In this document: in pieces, positions 60,040 to 64,000 of the stretch
Layout of the letters: each line of letters starts with the position of its first letter
Position numbering within the stretch: the stretch's first letter is position 1
NCBI GenBank assembly: GCA_977862235.1
Contig: OZ374557.1
Coordinates: 3,782,001-3,846,000 of the forward strand
Direction: 5' to 3'
From: Dudresnaya verticillata
Lineage: Eukaryota
DNA: 64,000 nucleotides
Program-made: the position numbers and the translations under genes
The notes under the pieces: model-generated
The model's input: the letters and a program-made list of their open reading frames with translations, nothing else
What the model was told of the DNA's origin: nothing
The model's database searches: none

Positions 60040-63000
60040 AGGAATCCCGTATGCGCGCTGTCACGCTACAATTATAAAGTGGCTGCGGCCGTCGGGACTT
60101 CCACTGAAAAACTCACTCGCGTATTATCCGTACTGGATTCTGGAGCAGGTCCCAACCTCATCAAAGCTGATGTCCTGTCGAAGGCAGAATTGAAGAAGGT
60201 GTCGACTTCACGACCAATCTGTAATTTGGTGTCGGCCAGCCGGCACAAACTAACTACCCTTGGAAGTATCTCTCTCCTGGTACGGATTGGAAATTACACG
60301 GTACGTCAACCATTTGTTGTTGCACACGCGCTAGCGGTCGACATGATTCTCGGATGTACCTTTATCGATAATCACGTCGACACGCTGCGCGTGCGCAACC
60401 AAACGGTGATACTCCATGACGGGTCGGAACACCCCATTCTACGACGCCAATGTGGTCCACTCCGTCCCGACAGACCAACCGAAACTACGGAGATACCTCC
60501 TCGCCCCGTGCAGCGGCATATCCGCGTCGCTCACGCTATGCTACTACCTCCGGAATCGGAAACCTGGGTTGCAGTTACATACCCAACCCAGGGTACACAC
60601 TTCATGGATACATTCCAACCTTTATACAAGACACAAGGAGTCGTCCTGTCCAACGGCATCGCCGAGATCGCACCGAACCGCCTGTTCCATGTCAAGGTAG
60701 CGAATTTTTCGCGGAAGCGCCAACAGCTCACGAAGCGCCAACGCCTTGGCCGCGCGATACCCGCGCCTTCTAGCACGCCAGTGTACGCTTTGTCCTTTGG
60801 GAACGCCCCGTCTCTTGCGCCCGACACGGCCCCGCATTCCGAGTCATTCTCCAATGTGGGGGGCAGGGCTTGCTGCTGCGATACAACAGTCGTCAACGAC
60901 GCCCGGCGTGACGGAAGCTGTGAAAGCGATAACAATCGACGATTTGGACTTAACACACCTACAGGTCGAGGATCAAAAGCGCGTTCGCAAGATGCTTAAG
61001 CCGTTCGCCCCTATGTGGAGTGGTCAACTCGGAACGATTAAGGTAACGGAACACCGTATAGAACTCAAGGAAGGGTCGACACCCGTGTTTACCCAACCGT
61101 ACCGCGCTGGTCCAAAGGCCAGACAGGCAGAACAAGAGGAAGTGGAGAAGATGCTCCATGAAGGCGTTATAGAGCCCGCCCGTTCGGAGTACGCAAGCCC
61201 CGTGGTCTTAGTCAAAAAGCCCGACGGATCGTTACGCTTTTTCGTGGACTACCGCAGGTTGAACGCCATCACCATTAAGGATTCCTATCCACTTCCACGA
61301 ATGGACGAATGTCTCGATTCCTTGGGCGACGCCCAGCTGTTTACGACTCTGGATTGTAATTCAGGATATTGGCAGATCCCAGTATGTCCACAGGACCAAC
61401 ACAAGACTGCGTTCACATGTCATGCGGGATGCTTCCAGTTCAAGCGAATGCCATTCGGGCTGTGTAACGCCCCCGCTACGTTTCAGCATAAGTCGATATC
61501 TTGCTCTCAGGCTTCAGGTGGAAAACCTGTTTGGTCTACCTAGACGATATCATTATCTTCTCGAAGAACGTCGACGAACACCTTACCCACGTAAGGGAGA
61601 TACTCACTATCCTGAAGGATGCTGGCGTCTCGCTGAAACTGCGGAAGTGTAACTTCTTTACTAAGAGTGTCGACTATCTCGGACATGTGATTCGTCCCGG
61701 TCTCTTAGAGGTGGCAACCAAGAATACTCAAGCAATAGAGGGCTTTACAGAGCCGCGAACGCAGACGCAACTGAGATCCTTCCTCGGATTATGTAATGTG
61801 TACCGACGGTTCGTCCCGAATTTCGCGCGATTCGCCGCACCTCTCAATGCCCTTCTACAGAAAGATGTGGAGTTTGATCTACCGACCTTCGGCAAAAAGG
61901 AAATGGGAGCTTTCGAGCTGTTGAAACGCGCGCTGATCGCCCCACCTATCCTACAACTGCCAAAGCTGGGAAGTAATCTCTCGGTCGACACTGCGCTTGT
62001 GAATATCAAGTAGTCTGTGCACTCATGCAGATGAACGATAAGGGGGAAAGACATCCCATTGGTTTCTGGAGTCGACGCCTGACGCCCGCTGAGGAGAACT
62101 ACTCCGTTGGAGAGAAAGAATGCCTCGCCGTCGTATGGGCCGTGCAGATACTACGTCCATACTTGGAGCGAACGCATTTCGATTTGTACACGGATCATCA
62201 AGCACTGAAGTGGATTATGAGTATGAACGACGCATCGGGACGCCTAGCGAGGTGGCGCTTACGCTTACTCAAGTACGACTTTACAGTCCAATACAAGAAG
62301 GGTAAGAAGAAAGAATAGCAGACGCTGTCTCACGCCTTCCTACGTTTGGCTATACGAGCCGTGAACCGGATCTGGACATCCCTTGCTATATCATCGAGGA
62401 TGACACCTCTGCGAATAATACTCCTCCCTCATGGGCCAATAGTCCAATCGAGACGTGGGAGATCGAACCCTTCGACGAGCCTACGTCTGCAGACGGACTC
62501 TTAGTGGCGACCGCCGAGAAGGATGTGGATGAGAAATCGCTGTCACTCTTGACTATTGAGGAGCTCCTCCGAGAACAGAAAACAGATCCCTTCTACCTAC
62601 GGATTAGAGCTGGAATCGAGGGTGGCCGACCCGGTTGTTATCTCGAAGACTAGTTGGGACTGCTTGTCCGAAAAGCACCTATGGATGGCGCACGGCAGGT
62701 GCTCATACCCGAAATGCTACAAGAGCGAGTATTGCACCTCGCTCACTACCCCGTAATGGCCGGACATCCAGGCGGCACGCGCATGTATCAAAATCTGCGA
62801 CGTCAAGTATATTGGCCGGACATGGCATTAGCGGTTTATGCAACTGTACGCAACTGCGTGGCCTGTTACAGGAAGAGGGTACAACTGCGGAAGCACACTT
62901 CGTTTATGAAGTTATTCCCGGCAACCATGCCTCTCGAATTCGTTGGCATCGACATATTGGGCCCGCTTCCCCGTTCAGGCAAAGGTAATGAGTACCTACT

Positions 63001-64000
63001 CGTTATTACGGATCGCTTCTCTAAGCTTACCAGGGCGGTCCCGTTGAAGACCATCACGGCCTATACAGTGGCGAAAGCCTTTTGTGACCATTGGGTCTAC
63101 GTGTATGGACCGCCACGATATCTACTCTCGGACAACGGGTCCCAATTTGCATCGAAGTTCTTTATGGAAGTGTGTAGCATTCTGCGGATTCGCAATCTAT
63201 TTACATCAACTTACCATCCCCAGTCGAACGGGCAAACGGAACGTTTCAACCGCACTCTTCTGGCTGGATTACGTCACTTCATCGCTGAGGATCAGACTGA
63301 TTGGGATGAGTTTACCCCCGCGTTGACATACGCCTATAACACGACTGTCCACAAGACAACTGGGTTCGCCCCTGTAGATCTCGTTCTGTCGAACCCCCTA
63401 CCTCCCTCCTAATGGAGCGCCGAGACGGTCGATGTGGCAAACGTGCCTGCTACCAATGTCAAGAAGCGTCTAACTCGCCGGCTCGAAAAGCTAGTGGAGA
63501 CGGCACTCCCTCGCTTACGCTTGGCGCAGAAGCGCTATGAAGTCAACTTCAATAATAGGATGCGTCCCGCTAATGAGAAGATACGACCCGGACAGTGGGT
63601 GTTTGTCCAGCGAGAGACAAAGCTCAAAGACGCTGACGGCGTGGCACGCGAAGGCAAACTGCTACCAAAGGCATTGGGCCCGTATAAGGTTGTTGAGCGG
63701 AGCACTCATGTGGTCGTGATAGACGTGAAGGGTGAACGCGAGACCATCTCGTTAGATCACGTAACGCTCGCGCCCACGCCGTATGAGTCGTTGGACGCCC
63801 AAGGGGAAACTCCAACAATCGTCGCGCCGCCTGCGCCCGGGTCTACCTTGGCCAGTCGTGGCATCGAGCCTCCTTTTCCCCCAATCGAGCCTCCGCGCTC
63901 TTTCTCTCGCTTACGCAAAACCCCGGCTCGAGAGCATGTATATGATCGCATCGTTGATTATGCCCCGCTGGAACAGCCATATCGGATACGATGGTATCAG
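60040..64000 (+). pseudogene. pol: Gypsy-E pol (PR, RT, RNase H, IN, chromodomain)
   Basis: VLDSGAGPNLI; FFVDYRRLN...MPFGL...YLDD; TDHQAL; GHPG...CVAC, GIDILGP, SDNG, NGQTER. Confidence 0.96.

Larger units (their letters stand above)
56009..64000 (+). mobile_element. Gypsy-E: chromoviral Ty3/Gypsy element, same family as Gypsy-C, running off the window (LTR start tentative)
   Basis: LTR end GCTACA at 56934, PBS 56936-56953, gag, PR, RT, RH, IN, chromodomain start YDRIVDY...YRIRWYQ. Confidence 0.92.

Overview
Eukaryotic, transposon-saturated DNA with no intact host gene. A red-algal host is only an inference from intron style and TE types. The window resolves into nested elements, several fixed exactly by target-site duplications (TSDs). 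Gypsy-1 (+, 1762-~13600) is a chromodomain Ty3/Gypsy element with a large antisense ORF. A second chromoviral Gypsy (Gypsy-C, minus strand, ~14020-51850) is split inside its RNase H by element A, a 28.7-kb terminal-inverted-repeat (TIR) DNA transposon (16879-45572; AACAC termini, ~0.5-kb TIRs, 4-bp CACA TSD). Element A carries a decayed Sola-type DDD transposase and a decayed ParB/Srx + beta-class N6/N4 DNA methyltransferase whose C-terminal module resembles the transposase N-terminus. It also carries small helical ORFs, captured host genes or fragments (intron-containing proteasome beta-4, YHM2-like carrier, RING-H2, WDR20-like) and a LINE RT fragment. Inside A sits an internally deleted Gypsy (Gypsy-D, 30080-39579). 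Inside D sits element B, a related non-autonomous AACAC-TIR element (31787-39016, TCAA TSD) packed with further host fragments (AIP1/WDR1-like, COG2-like, GhrA-like). The right end has solo LTRs, a pogo-like remnant and a third chromoviral Gypsy (Gypsy-E) running off the window. The most notable candidate new system is the giant, gene-capturing Sola-like transposon family with its own ParB-methyltransferase. All family calls are by-eye motif recognition; no searches were run.
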